DNA of 63,954 bases, the filler included, from Aduncisulcus paluster (lineage: Eukaryota), in NCBI GenBank assembly GCA_024181965.1. It is 7 parts of 7 records of this genome, joined end to end, with 100 filler letters (N's around TTAATTAATTAA, not from the genome) between each part and the next. Parts side by side here need not be neighbours in the genome. Positions count along the whole stretch, not along the records: positions 1 to 29,433 come from BQXS01011567.1; positions 29,534 to 41,915 come from BQXS01011568.1; 5 more parts are not named here. One strand, written 5' to 3'. Below the pieces are notes generated by a model. The model saw only the letters and a list, made by a program, of their open reading frames with translations, ran no database searches and was not told the DNA's origin. Every line of letters starts with the position of its first letter. The first letter of the stretch is position 1. Positions 21,891 through 34,300 of the stretch are shown one piece after another. The translations under genes were made by a program, and so were the position numbers.

Positions 21891-23345
21891 ATGGAGTCAG
21901 AACCTATTGTAAAAATTGATGATGTATCCTCTTTAGCATCTGAAGAACTCGGAGAAATTGATCAACCGATTAATTTTGATGCGGTGTCAAAATGTAGTTC
22001 CATATATCATTTTTATTTAACCCATGCCATTGACCCTGCATTTATTTCTATTGGATTTGATAGTTCTGGTCCAAAGGAGAAGGTCTTAGTTCTAATTCGA
22101 AGCGTTGAAGATGAAGATGTCTCCTTTGTAAGATTTCGGGAGACTATTCCTTCTTCATGGTGGAGGAAATTGTTCGGAGTTCACCCCTCTTTCAAGGAAG
22201 TTATTACTGCGATTCATCCAGAATTTATGGAGAAAGTTACAGCCGGTATTTTTGGCAGCATGAAGAATGTTTCTCAGCATAAACACACAGAAAAGATTGC
22301 TGAGCGTTGTTGGAGATGGGAGACAGAGAATTTTAATCGTGTTCATCACCACAAAATTGGATTATTATACCAACGACCTGGGCAGAAGACTGAGATTGAA
22401 ATGTTTGGAAATCAAGCATCTGACACATCACCTCTATTTGCCCAATTTTTATCCTTCATTGGTCATGAAGTGGATATTATTGGTTTTGCTGGGTATCATG
22501 GTGGTCTTGATGTTCGACGTGGACACACTGGGCCTAAGAGTATTTTCTATCAAAATGAGGAAGGCCATGAAGTTATGTTTCATGTGTCTACAATGCTTCC
22601 TCACTCTCGTGCTGATGATCAACAAATTAAGAAGAAGCTTCACATTGGAAATGACATGGTTGTAATCGTTTTTCAGGAACCTCATACTGAACTTCCTGCA
22701 AGTAATTTTATTCTAAGTCAATTTGTCCAATGTATTATCGTCGTTGAACCAGTTGTTGAAGCCATAGTTGAAGAGGAGAAAGAGAAAGAAGAAGAAGAAG
22801 AAGAAGAAGAAGAAGAGAAGCGTATTGAGGTGGATAAAGAAGATATTCCAAGCGATGAGAAAGAAGAGGAAGAAGAAGGGGAAACTGTCCTTAAGCCAAT
22901 TCCGAAGTTAATTGGATACAAATTACACGTCATTGCAGGTGAAGGTATTGTTAAAGATAAATTAACAGAGCCTGAAAGTACAATTTTCCCACCTGATGAG
23001 CATTTTTCAAGCTTTATGAAGGATTTGATCATTCATGCTGACATTAATTCATGGNNNNNNNNNNNNNNNNNNNNGAAAGAAGAGGAAGAAGAAGGGGAAA
23101 CTGTCCTTAAGCCAATTCCGAAGTTAATTGGATACAAATTACACGTCATTGCAGGTGCAGGTATTGTTAAAGATAAATTAACAGAGCCTGAAAGTACAAT
23201 TTTCCCACCTGATGAGCATTTTTCAAGCTTTATGAAGGATTTGATCATTCATGCTGACATTAATTCATGGAGCAGTTTAAGCCTTAAAATGAAGGTTTCA
23301 GGTATGAGAAAATCTCTTATTGAAGATTTTGGATTGGATTCATGA
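21891..23345 (+). CDS. Rap/Ran-GAP domain protein (3' part duplicated across the gap)
   Basis: HKIGLLYQRPGQKTEIEMFGN, YHGGLD and FHVSTMLP...QQIKKKLHIGNDMVVIVFQE with the catalytic Asn thumb. Confidence 0.92.
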   Translation: MESEPIVKIDDVSSLASEELGEIDQPINFDAVSKCSSIYHFYLTHAIDPAFISIGFDSSGPKEKVLVLIRSVEDEDVSFVRFRETIPSSWWRKLFGVHPSFKEVITAIHPEFMEKVTAGIFGSMKNVSQHKHTEKIAERCWRWETENFNRVHHHKIGLLYQRPGQKTEIEMFGNQASDTSPLFAQFLSFIGHEVDIIGFAGYHGGLDVRRGHTGPKSIFYQNEEGHEVMFHVSTMLPHSRADDQQIKKKLHIGNDMVVIVFQEPHTELPASNFILSQFVQCIIVVEPVVEAIVEEEKEKEEEEEEEEEEKRIEVDKEDIPSDEKEEEEEGETVLKPIPKLIGYKLHVIAGEGIVKDKLTEPESTIFPPDEHFSSFMKDLIIHADINSWXXXXXXXKEEEEEGETVLKPIPKLIGYKLHVIAGAGIVKDKLTEPESTIFPPDEHFSSFMKDLIIHADINSWSSLSLKMKVSGMRKSLIEDFGLDS

Positions 23346-23517
23346 TTTTTATGTAATACATGAGAGAAGGATTTATTTCAGACGAAAAACGAAAAAAAAG
23401 TGTTTTATTTTATTATTATTATTTGAATCATACTGAGAAACTATTGGAACAAACAGGTTATTCGCTGTGTTGGAAATACAATTCTGTACTAAATAAATCC
23501 TGGACAACTTCATGTTT

Positions 23518-24224
23518 TTAAAGGCCTAGAGACTCCATACTTGGCATATCGAGCTTTCCAACTTCAGTTGCAGTTGCGACGGTTGGAACTTCCTCTCCAA
23601 CAGTCCCAAGACTAGCAGCAATATCAAGACCAGCCTCTTTAGAGATCGCAGCTAAGAATTGACCAACTGTTTCAGCAGGAGCACCGGTAACACTATCTTT
23701 TGACATCATATCGTCCATTACATAGTCCCTAACCTTCAATTCTTCGAATTGTTCTTCACATTTATCCATAATACGGCCTAAATCTTCCATATTCATAGTT
23801 CCCATTGCAGTTTGTAACATGTGACCGGTCCCAGCCATCATATGGACAACTTTTTGGGAAACAGCAGCAGATTTCAATTGCATGGCAACAGCATCCATAC
23901 GAGCTGATAAACGAGTCAGTTTCAAAGCTTCCCGTTTACAGCGAATACAACTTTGGGCATGAATTTCAGCTGTATCACGATCACCTTGCTTAATGCATTC
24001 CAATACCTTAGCTTTGTATTTCTATTATAAAATTGTATAAAAATGTTGTGAGTTATGAACTTGAATATTAAATAAAACCTTATCAATAATTATCCTATCA
24101 TGTTTCATACTTTTTCTGTTTGTTTAGCTTTTGTTGCCTCACGAGATAGTTGTTTGCTATTCATTTTTAATTCGAACATGAAATCATCTTGATTCATGGG
24201 TTGTTTTGATTGGCCCGCTCCCAT
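23518..24224 (-). CDS. CHMP1: ESCRT-III CHMP1/Did2/Vps46-like; 2 exons (24224-24111, 24021-23518)
   Basis: Phase-0 intron 24110-24022 (GTATGA...ATAG). Spliced product has FELKMNSKQLSRE, AEIHAQSCIR and LSARMDAVA...MDKCEEQFE, all matching CHMP1. Confidence 0.88.
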
Positions 24225-24958
24225 AATAAATATTAATTGATTTAAGTGTCGAAAATCTGGGATTTACAATCCTCTTTGGAACTGATATAAAAACAATATG
24301 AAAATGTTCCTCAGCAAAATAAAAATACCAAAATAATCATGGAAAGGAGAAATAGAATATTTTATTGCGGTGTTGAAAGGAGATATGATATTCCTCACAG
24401 CCTCTATGAGTGTCAGGACAATAAAATAATAAGAAGGAATGAATAAACGGATCGGTATCATAAAAAATGAATATATCATGACATTTTCGGTATTCAACCA
24501 GAAAATAAAAAAAAACACGAATGGTGATTAAAATAAATTAAAATAAATAAATAAATAAATAAAAGGATGAATAANNNNNNNNNNNNNNNNNNNNTTTAAG
24601 TGTCGAAAATCTGGGATTTACAATCCTCTTTGGAACTGATATAAAAACAATATGAAAATGTTCCTCAGCAAAATAAAAATACCAAAATAATCATGGAAAG
24701 GAGAAATAGAATATTTTATTGCGGTGTTGAAAGGAGATATGATATTCCTCACAGCCTCTATGAGTGTCAGGACAATAAAATAATAAGAAGGAATGAATAA
24801 ACGGATCGGTATCATAAAAAATGAATATATCATGACATTTTCGGTATTCAACCAGAAAATAAAAAAAACACGAATGGTGATTAAAATAAATTAAAATAAA
24901 TAAATAAATAAATAAAAGGATGAATAAGAGAAAAATGAATAATAATGAGAAACATAAA

Positions 24959-27900
24959 TCACCGAAGTTCCCTAATATTACGACATTTAAAAGAAACGGG
25001 TGTCCTAAGCCATTTCCTTCCATATAACATCATTCCAGTTACATCTTGGAAATCAAATGATCGAATTTTTGGAAATAGGGTTACGAATGAACGGTGGGGT
25101 GGCAGGAAAGCCGGTGGAATGCATAGCCGGAACACAGTTGTATTCTTGAGGTATATGTGCTGTACGTTTGGGAATAAGAATGAAACCAATTGCAACTCGC
25201 ACATGGCGGAATTGTAGATGTACAAATTCTTAAGGGAAGGCACACAATGTTCACGGGTGGCACGTAAGAGTTCGATGGCACCTAACTTCTCCGCTGACTC
25301 TTCTGGGTCATACAACTTCCTCTGCAACAAATTGGAGCTCTTCTCGAAATGTTCAGGGGTCAACGTCACAGGGGAACTCTTGGCAAATATGCTTGAAATG
25401 TGGGGAGAGAGGAAATCCTCTTCTTTATCCATTTCTCCCCAATCTGTGGACACAATATTTCGACTCCGCATGTCCCATAACACACTTGATCGGCTCTCTC
25501 TGATTCTCTCATTAACAAAGTGGATGTGGAGATCTTCAAGGTGTGCGGGGAAAAGTAAAAATGTCTGAGGGGTTGAAAAGAACTGCGGAACATCAAACAA
25601 CTTGAGAATCTTCAGAGTATTTGGGAACAAGAAAGGAGAGTGATCAACTCGTAAAGAACCCATGTCATCATCACGATCCACCCCAAGACATTTGAAGAGG
25701 ACTTTGAAGTTATGGATCTCAAGAACTTCCACGGTTGCCGGTACACACCTTGTCAGGGCGTCGGGACGATCGATAGGACCACAGTCTTCCGGAATAGTAA
25801 TGGAAAGGAATGTAAGTGAAGTTGTCATGGGGAAATGAGTGGCTAATTTCTCAAAATAGGAGGACATTCCAGGAGATACCGATCCGGTGCTGTTCTCTGT
25901 GGTTTCTTTNNNNNNNNNNNNNNNNNNNNAAACAACTTGAGAATCTTCAGAGTATTTGGGAACAAGAAAGGAGAGTGATCAACTCGTAAAGAACCCATGT
26001 CATCATCACGATCCACCCCAAGACATTGGAAGAGGACTTTGAAGTTATGGATCTCAAGAACTTCCACGGTTGCCGGTACACACCTTGTCAGGGCGTCGGG
26101 ACGATCGATAGGACCACAGTCTTCCGGAATAGTAATGGAAAGGAATGTAAGTGAAGTTGTCATGGGGAAATGAGTGGCTAATTTCTCAAAATAGGAGGAC
26201 ATTCCAGGAGATACCGATCCGGTGCTGTTCTCTGTGGTTTCTTTGGTAGGATCTTCGAACAAAGGAGCAAATCCAAGTGAACTGTCCTGTTTTGGTTCTG
26301 AAGGTTGAGGGTGTTGTTGGAGAACATCGTCAAGAATACCTCCAGACATCCCAACGACTGAAGGGGGAAGAGGAGCACTGAGTTCGCTTGGCTTTTCATC
26401 AATCCTCTGTTCAATGTCCCCTCTAGAGGACTCTTCATCTTCCTTCTCAGATGAGCTATTTTTAGGGTTATTTTCATGAACAATGTATAAATGTGTGACT
26501 CTGGAAGGTAACGTGATTAATGGTGCTTGAATCAATGTGGAAGCTGCAATATACAAACTGGGGCATGGATAGTACGCCAAGAATGCCGGAAGAATGGAAG
26601 AAGGAATGCTTTCCATATACGATTGCGAAGAATCCATTCCTGGAAGCGTTTGATGTCTATTCCGAGACATTGTTGCCAATCTGCTTACGAGAAAAGCTAT
26701 TATTGACTCGGTTGATGATGAGAATCCACCAAAACCCGATCCATCATGTTTGGAAGAGGGTTGTGTGCTGCCAGGTTGAAGAGAACGGAATGGAAATGTC
26801 CCTTCAGCTGTTGGATGTGGGTTCATTGAGGACGGAAAAGGAAAAGGNNNNNNNNNNNNNNNNNNNNTTATTTTCATGAACAATGTATAAATGTGTGACT
26901 CTGGAAGGTAACGTGATTAAGGGTGCTTGAATCAATGTGGAAGCTGCAATATACAAACTGGGGCATGGATAGTACGCCAAGAATGCCGGAAGAATGGAAG
27001 AAGGAATGCTTTCCATATACGATTGCGAAGAATCCATTCCTGGAAGCGTTTGATGTCTATTCCGAGACATTGTTGCCAATCTGCTTACGAGAAAAGCTAT
27101 TATTGACTCGGTTGATGATGAGAATCCACCAAAACCCGATCCATCATGTTTGGAAGAGGGTTGTGTGCTGCCAGGTTGAAGAGAACGGAATGGAAATGTC
27201 CCTTCAGCTGTTGGATGTGGGTTCATTGAGGACGGAAAAGGAAAAGGACCAATGGAAGGCTGACCAGGAGTTGGAGTCGTGATAGGAGCACATTCACTGA
27301 AAGATGAGGCTGATTCAGGTCCTGTGGATGTTTGGATTAACATTCCATTCGCAGCTATCTCATCATTATGTGATTGATCAAGGCCAAGCATCAAGGACAC
27401 ATCAGAGACACCATGGGAGGCATTGTGAGCGTGGTACAGATACGCTGGATCCCCATGGGGCCGTTTACCAAGTGGAATATGAGAGGGTTGATGAGGTTGA
27501 GATATTTGACCGGGGCGAATTGGCTGCATTGAAAAATCAGACAAACCAAAAGAATGAACTGGAGGTGTATCAGATTGAGTAAAATCTACCCCATGGGAAG
27601 ACGCTATAGGTGGTTGTGTAACTTCAGATGGATATGATTGAGGAGAGAGTTGTGTCGAATGCATCATAGATGGAACTGATGCTACTTTGGTACCATCTTC
27701 AAGAATTTCATCAAATGCTGGACTATCTGGCCATACTAACTGTCGCAATTTTTTTACATATGGTTCTATATACGTTTGATAACGAGTTCTAAGCAAAAAT
27801 CCAACGCTAGTTACATTTAAATTCATTGATTTCCCTACCTCTTTAAATAGCTTATTTTTATATACTAAATCGAATCCTCCGCGTCGTTCAACCTCTAGAA

Positions 27901-28156
27901 ATAAATCAAAAAAAGATAATGGCTTTCCGGCAACAACTGGATGCTTTTTGGGCACCTTTTTATCTCGAGTCAAAGCAGAGAGAATATATTCATTAAAAAT
28001 TTTTCTTTTTTGGTCAGTATTAACATGAGATGGTATTGTTGCTGTTTTTAAGTGAACTATATGAACAGAAGAGCATAAGGGAGCGAAGATGTAAAAAAAT
28101 GAAAAAATAACGGATTATCAGGGAAAATGGCAAAAAACAAAAAGGTACATACTCAT
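24959..28156 (-). CDS. ARID/BRIGHT domain protein with a low-complexity linker and LRR-like C-terminus; 4-nt first coding exon (28156-28153), exon 2 from 28056; split by two gaps
   Basis: PVVAGKPLSFFDLFLEVERRGGFDLV...FKEVGKSM...LRTRYQTYIEPY is an ARID domain. Intron 28152-28057 (GTATGT...ATAG) restores the frame. The C-terminus has repeated LxxLxI units. Confidence 0.75.
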
Positions 28157-28500
28157 ATTAAAATTAAAAAATAAATTATACAACGCTCTGAAAAAGAGCA
28201 CTTATCAAAACTCATAAATTGTGGATCCCAATCCGTTGCTCGATTCACATTTACTTAAAAGTAAAAAATAACGCTACAATGATGGGTAATAAAAAATTTA
28301 AATTATAATTTTCCGAATAACTGACAGAGTCAGGAGATAGAATTCTGGGCAAAGTGATCGAATCGGGGTCAGATAACATATCAAAGAGCCAAACAGACTC
28401 GAATAGTTATCAATATCGGTTAAACCTAAACAAAAGAAAATGTGGAAGAGGAAGGAATGACAAAAAAAATCACAGAAAAAATCAATTTAGAAGAAAACGA

Positions 28501-29433
28501 CTAGTATTCTTCATATTCGTATTCGCTATTTTCTATTGGAATGACCAATGGTTCATCCTCTTCCCATTCCTGTTCTTTCTCTTCTCCCTCGTCAGAGTTG
28601 TCGTACAATTGCACTGGTTGTGGTGGGGGGATAAAACCAATGCCATCCACCTTCTCCATGATACTATTACTGCGAAGGCGAGGAGATGGGAAGAATGGTT
28701 GGAGTTGGGAGGAGAGAGTCGGGGATGCTTGATGAGAATTGAAGCCGGAGAAGAGAGTTGGTGTGTTGAGTGAGGATATTGGACTCACTGTCGAAATAAC
28801 ACGAGGAGCAGCGGTATTAGTGGAAGCAATGATTGTATGATGAGCATCAGAGGGTTGTGATTGCTTGGTCGATTTACCAGATACTTGATATTGAGACAAT
28901 TCAGGTGGAATTTCACACCCTTCACCACTTATGATAACTTGACCACCACAAACACCACAGGCCTGAGTGTACAAGGGAGTGTGGGATTGGCACAGCAAGG
29001 CGAGACGACGGGTGAGATGGCGATGTTGAGATATTGAGAGGAGCCCTTGGGATTCGATGGGTTTCCCGTGACTAAATGGGGGTTCTTGGTTCTTATTCAT
29101 ATACATTGCAGAAGTGTCGCCTCGAGAAGTATCCCGACGGTGTTTTCTTGAGACCTCGGTGTATCTCCTCGGTAGCAATGATGAAGCCGTACTCAATGTT
29201 GTTAAAAGGGGAATATTGATTTTCGGAAGTAATAGCGATGAATCTCCATCAGCCCCTACAGAAGATAGAGTGGATGGTTGCCTTTGTTTATCCTGGCCCA
29301 TGGAGACATAAGCATCCTTTGTGTCATCAGTGGATGCGGAACTCACCCCAACAATCCATTGATCACTCAGCTCACTCACACTATGTCTTGGGCGAGACTC
29401 AACGTTTTCAGAGTGACTATGGGTACCACGACG
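28501..29433 (-). CDS. Hypothetical Ser-rich protein, C-terminal fragment (5' truncated at scaffold end)
   Basis: Frame is open from the scaffold edge to TAG at 28501; acidic C-terminus. Confidence 0.55.
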   Translation of the reverse strand, partial: RRGTHSHSENVESRPRHSVSELSDQWIVGVSSASTDDTKDAYVSMGQDKQRQPSTLSSVGADGDSSLLLPKINIPLLTTLSTASSLLPRRYTEVSRKHRRDTSRGDTSAMYMNKNQEPPFSHGKPIESQGLLSISQHRHLTRRLALLCQSHTPLYTQACGVCGGQVIISGEGCEIPPELSQYQVSGKSTKQSQPSDAHHTIIASTNTAAPRVISTVSPISSLNTPTLFSGFNSHQASPTLSSQLQPFFPSPRLRSNSIMEKVDGIGFIPPPQPVQLYDNSDEGEEKEQEWEEDEPLVIPIENSEYEYEEY

Positions 29434-29533
29434 NNNNNNNNNNNNNNNNNNNNNNNNNNNNNNNNNNNNNNNNNNNNTTAATTAATTAANNNNNNNNNNN
29501 NNNNNNNNNNNNNNNNNNNNNNNNNNNNNNNNN
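29434..29533. other. Artificial contig spacer N44-TTAATTAATTAA-N44 (also at 41916-42015, 50231-50330, 53183-53282, 55859-55958, 61663-61762)
   Basis: The same 100-nt structure, with stops in all six frames, occurs six times, and genes are truncated at its edges. Confidence 0.98.
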
Positions 29534-29703
29534 CAGAGCATCATCCAATTTATCATTTACACTTACACATCTGTCATATAATATTTTTTTCTTATTTTTT
29601 TACTTACATTACATTGTTGATAACGTTGCAACATGAAAGCCATTTATCAACAGGAACCAAACATCACATATCCAAATAAATAACATTTACTACGACTATA
29701 ACC

Positions 29704-30183
29704 TTACTCGTCAGAAGTAACGACACGGAAAGAGATGATCTGTTCTTTAGCCATGGCAGCCAAAACACAAACCATGATAGACTTTCCATCATCATCTTGA
29801 ACCTCTTCGTGAGCTTTCTTGAGCTCCTCAGCGAGATCTCCAGGGGGGAGGTTGAGGTCTTCCTTAGGTTCACCATCGGTGTCCATCAAAATAACTTGGG
29901 CCTCATCGATGTCAACAAGCTCGTATTCTTTCTTATCAACGTGGGGAGCCTCCATGTTATGAGTGGTTCCACAAACATCTTCATACTTGACACCAGTGAA
30001 AATATTGATTCCGACAATCCTAGCTTTAGCGTGACCGTGCTTTCCAGTCTTGGAGATGGAGATATCAGTGATCTTGCAAGGGTTCTGTTTCAACATGGCG
30101 TAGTGTCCTTTACGGAACTGACCAGCAGCAACGGGGTAGGTCAAAGAAGCACCAGATCCAGCTTTTTCAAAGGTTTCGTCCAT
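29704..30183 (-). CDS. EIF5A: Translation factor eIF5A
   Basis: SGASLTYP and SKTGKHGHAK (hypusinated Lys), 159 aa. Confidence 0.98.
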   Translation of the reverse strand: MDETFEKAGSGASLTYPVAAGQFRKGHYAMLKQNPCKITDISISKTGKHGHAKARIVGINIFTGVKYEDVCGTTHNMEAPHVDKKEYELVDIDEAQVILMDTDGEPKEDLNLPPGDLAEELKKAHEEVQDDDGKSIMVCVLAAMAKEQIISFRVVTSDE

Positions 30184-30286
30184 TTCAAGAAAAGATAGGC
30201 GTCAAAAGTACTGCCTTATTCCTATAAGGTGGAAAAACGCTGAGTAGTTGATAAAAAATAATGATATTTCAATTATTATTGTTATT

Positions 30287-31165
30287 TTAAATAATAAAAC
30301 CACACAATACAACCCTTTTTAAAATTTCAGTTTGGTGGAGAAATTTATAGAGTTTATACGATTCTTTAGTATTTTTGCATTCGCAAGCAACACAACATAT
30401 ACCGTCAATAACACCAACAATATCCCATTTAATATCTATTTTCAGTTCTTCTTGGATTTTTTCGCTCAAATATGAACATATTTTATCGAGAAGAACATAT
30501 GAAGCTTCGGGAGGGGCAATATTAGCAATTACACAATATTTAGTCGGAATATCACTATTTTCCCGATATAAAAGTCCCTTTTTCCATGTATTTGGTAACA
30601 TTTCAAATGAATCATCTGTAGGTCCGGTCTTACCATCAGAAATCAAACTTCCAAATAAACTCTTATTATCTTCTAATCTATGATTTTTCTTCTCTTTTCC
30701 GGGCACTGATGATGATTTTTCTTCCTCTTCACTATCTTCTGATTCGTCTTCTTCTTTCTTAATGTCTTTTTCATCGCTCGTCTCTATTTCTACACTATCA
30801 GCTCCTTTTTGGGCTTTAGGATCAACAACTCTAATCATAACTTGTTTACGTTTACCATTGATTCTAAAATACGGCACTAATTTTAACTCTTGATCAAGTT
30901 TGATCCCATCCATGTGATGAACTGCCAGACATCCACGTTCCTGATCGGCAAAAGACACAGTCGCAGTTCTTCTATAACCAAGGGACTTTTTATGGATTGA
31001 ACACGATAAAATATCAGCCCAGGGCTTAAAAAGAAGCTCTATATGATATTCAGTAATGCGTGGAGGAAGATTTAGAATATCAACAAATAAATATTTCTTT
31101 TTTTCTGCTTCCTCTGCATTTATATGAGTTGGTAAATGTTGTATTGGTCGATGATACCTTCTCAT
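30287..31165 (-). CDS. RRM protein with a possible degenerate C-terminal RRM/UHM
   Basis: ILNLPPRITEYHIELLFKPW...ATVSF...AVHHMDG is an RRM. The C-terminal CVIANIAPPE...LYKFLHQ...RVVLCGF is RRM/UHM-like. First in-frame ATG at 31165. Confidence 0.65.
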   Translation of the reverse strand: MRRYHRPIQHLPTHINAEEAEKKKYLFVDILNLPPRITEYHIELLFKPWADILSCSIHKKSLGYRRTATVSFADQERGCLAVHHMDGIKLDQELKLVPYFRINGKRKQVMIRVVDPKAQKGADSVEIETSDEKDIKKEEDESEDSEEEEKSSSVPGKEKKNHRLEDNKSLFGSLISDGKTGPTDDSFEMLPNTWKKGLLYRENSDIPTKYCVIANIAPPEASYVLLDKICSYLSEKIQEELKIDIKWDIVGVIDGICCVACECKNTKESYKLYKFLHQTEILKRVVLCGFII

Positions 31166-31396
31166 CTCAACGAAAAGAACGATTCGATCTAACTGAGTTC
31201 TTACTTCTTCCAATATGGATTATCCGACCAGAAATATATAAAATATGTAATTAAAAGCCAATTTATATTTTTAAAAACAACATGAAAAATTAATTGAATG
31301 CTGGGGTGTGTTGCGCAACTGGTTTTGTTATATTTGTCAACATAGTTCAAGCATTTTTGACCATTTTTATTTATTTAGATAACATACAATTAATTT

Positions 31397-34300
31397 ATGA
31401 TTCCTCATCATGTTTTGACAGGCCCAGTCGCTGGAATAGCTGGACTCGCCAATTCCATCGAAAGTGATGATATTACAGCTCGTACAAATCAGAAAAGATG
31501 GTATAAACGTATATTAGATGAAGAAAAACACAAGAAATATGACACCCAAAGGTATGATATGGAAGATAGTGAACAATCGTCATCAGTGTCGGATACTTTC
31601 ATGCTCAAGGATGGAACATGCTCAATATTTAAGATTAAACCGTCATCCGATAATTATATTCCAGTTATTGATGCCATACAACCAATTATCGATGAAAGTG
31701 AGACAAGTCTTACAACTCCCAAAATAGTGTCTTCAATATCAGATTTATCCATATTTCCCCCCTGTAAATCTGAGCTTCCACAATCTCAGACATATATTTC
31801 CCCCTCAGTCCCTGCCTTTTCCTCAAAATTAATTCCTCAAGTCCCTTTATCTCATACTGAACTGCAGAGTCAAAGAGAGCAAATAGCGGAGGATATGCGT
31901 CAAGATGCGATAAGAAAACTCAATATATATAACTCAACTCAATTAACAGCGGAGAAAAAACATCCATCAATGGCCTTCGATATTTTCGGTGCTGGTGGTC
32001 CCTTTGGTCCCGGTATTAATGTCGGTATTAATGCAGGCGGAGGTTCAGGCGGCGGCAGACTTGACGATGCATCTTATGAAATGTTAGTTGCACGTACTTT
32101 CCCACCTCCTTCACCTTCCTTAAAGCCGTATAAAGTTAGTGAATTTAATGGGGTCGAAGATGAATTGGGGATAATAATAGGAACAGCAATGCAGACTGAA
32201 ATAGATCGGAGTGAAGGAATAATGGATGGAACAAGTCTTGCTGATATGCTAGGCCCTGGGACTGGAATGGATACCGGTTTGTCGACGGGAGCCGGTACAA
32301 CTACCGGTTCAGCCGGTCAAGATATTGTTTTAATGATGCATAAACGGGGTCTTCAAGCCAATCTAACGAGTGCCTCCATGGCTGAATATGATATGGGTAA
32401 TATCCTGATGCCTTCAGGGGAAAACCCTCCTAAAAGTGCAAAAACAACAACTGATGTTGACGGTATTACCGGGACAACTGCCGGTATTACCGGTCAAGGC
32501 AAAGATACAATTCAAGCCGGTGTTGGAGCTCTTGTTCGTTCTGCGAAAGGGAAGAAACAGAAGATTGTTGAGGAGCCATACACTCTTCGAGTTAGACTAG
32601 GTACCGTAGGAATCTCTCACTCTCCTTTGATATCTCGAGAAGAAATGTTAGCCAGCGAGTTGCTTGAATTGTTTAAGAGATATAGGGAAATTGAAGTGAA
32701 GAGTAATGTTAGTCTTCAACGAAATCTTCGAATGCTGAGGAGGAAGGCTCGGAGTTCGTCTGCTTCCATGACAGATCATGCTTCGACAACCTCCCACCAC
32801 CGTCGGATGTCCTCTGGAAGTATTGGTGGATACCGGCCAGACGGTACAAGTACGGCTGCGACGGCTATGACAACGACAGGTGGATACTCCTCCATGTCTT
32901 CCCCATCTAGTCTATGGTCTTCTGTGATAGCTGTCCGATCACATCGAGATGAACACTTGATGCTTCTTCATCGTATTAAGCTTCAACTATGGCAGTTATG
33001 GTGCTCTATTATGGAAGTAAGAGCCGAAACTGGCATTATTTGTACTCCTATATATATCTCATATATTCACTCGACTGAGAATACTATATTTCAGGACTAT
33101 AAAATGAAAAAACAACCGTCTTCAACCGGTGATCTTCAGCCGGCTGTGGGATCTAGATCGAGAGCAACCGGTGGCGATTCTCATTCTGATGATCTTGAAG
33201 AATCTGGAGGTCGAGGAAGAGGAAGCGGAAGGGGAAGCCTTGGTGGGTCTCGTAGAGGTTCTGTTTTATCAAGAAGAGCTTCAAGGATGGACGAAAGAAG
33301 TCCAGGAAATAGTGAAACTCAAGCTCCTAATACCCCTACTGGAGTCCCAATTGGCACTGCGGATGGAACAATGGAACACCATCCATCGGGTGGTGGAGAA
33401 GGAGCAGAAGGAAGGGATGGAACAACTGGTGGCTCTGGTGGAGCAACTACAACCACGGATGATGGTAGTACAGCTATGGCAGTCGTTCCAACATCAGCAG
33501 CTTTCAAAACATTATTATCCTCTCTCTCTTCTTCTCTTCCCATGGCTCATCTGAACCAAATGGCACTTTGTATCGAATCTCAGACTCTTTCTTATCCCAT
33601 GATGGTTGAGAAAGTTATTGAGAGAGCTGAGAAAAGTGTTCGGTTGAAATGGCTGAGTGATTGTTCCAGCTGTGTGAAGCTCGGTGAAAAGTTTTGTGAT
33701 GCTCATCGAGTTCCTTATGTTATCCACAAAGACCAGAGAGAAAGAGAGAGAGAGACCCAGAGAGAAAAGGAAGGAAGAGGAGAGGTTGGTTTTGAAGAAG
33801 ATGAGGCAGATAGAGTTAAAATGACCAAGGAAAGGGAAAGAGCTCGTACAAAACAGAGGAAGAAAGATAAGAGATCGATGGTTAGACTCGATATTGATAT
33901 TGATAGAGCGACTGTCTGTGTGCAAGAAATGTGTGAGGATTGTGGGCTGTCAAGTGTTAAAGAGAGAAGAAAGATCGAAGAAGAGATAGCTATGCAGGAA
34001 GAAAAGAAGAAAGAGAAAGAAGAAAGACATACGACAGATGACACAGCTACTGCAGCAAAGGGAGATAGCAGAGAAAAAAATAACAAAACCAATCATGGAA
34101 CTTATTCTTTTATGAAAAAATCCAATATTGTAGCCAATATTGAAAGAGGAATCGTATATTCGTCGGTTCCGAATGCTTTCACTCAGTTTAAGTTGAATTT
34201 CTTTGATCGGTTACCGCCACCGCCTGCTGCCGAAAAAGCCCGGCGTGAAGCCATAAATAACTCATCTGTCAATGTTATTCTCAAAATAGATGACACCCCA

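Noticed and set aside
24618..24960. Extra 3' exon of the ARID gene via a non-canonical intron
   Set aside because: The T-rich tract ends in CTGG with no AG acceptor, the donor does not match GTATG, and the downstream frames are unconvincing.
29434..29533. Recurring TTAATTAATTAA flanked by Ns as a biological repeat, and gene neighbourhoods across it
   Set aside because: It is an artificial concatenation linker, so adjacency across spacers carries no meaning.
30190..30242. Hairpin CCTTAT-TCCT-ATAAGG upstream of eIF5A
   Set aside because: The short AT-rich stem is plausible by chance and matches no recognisable motif.
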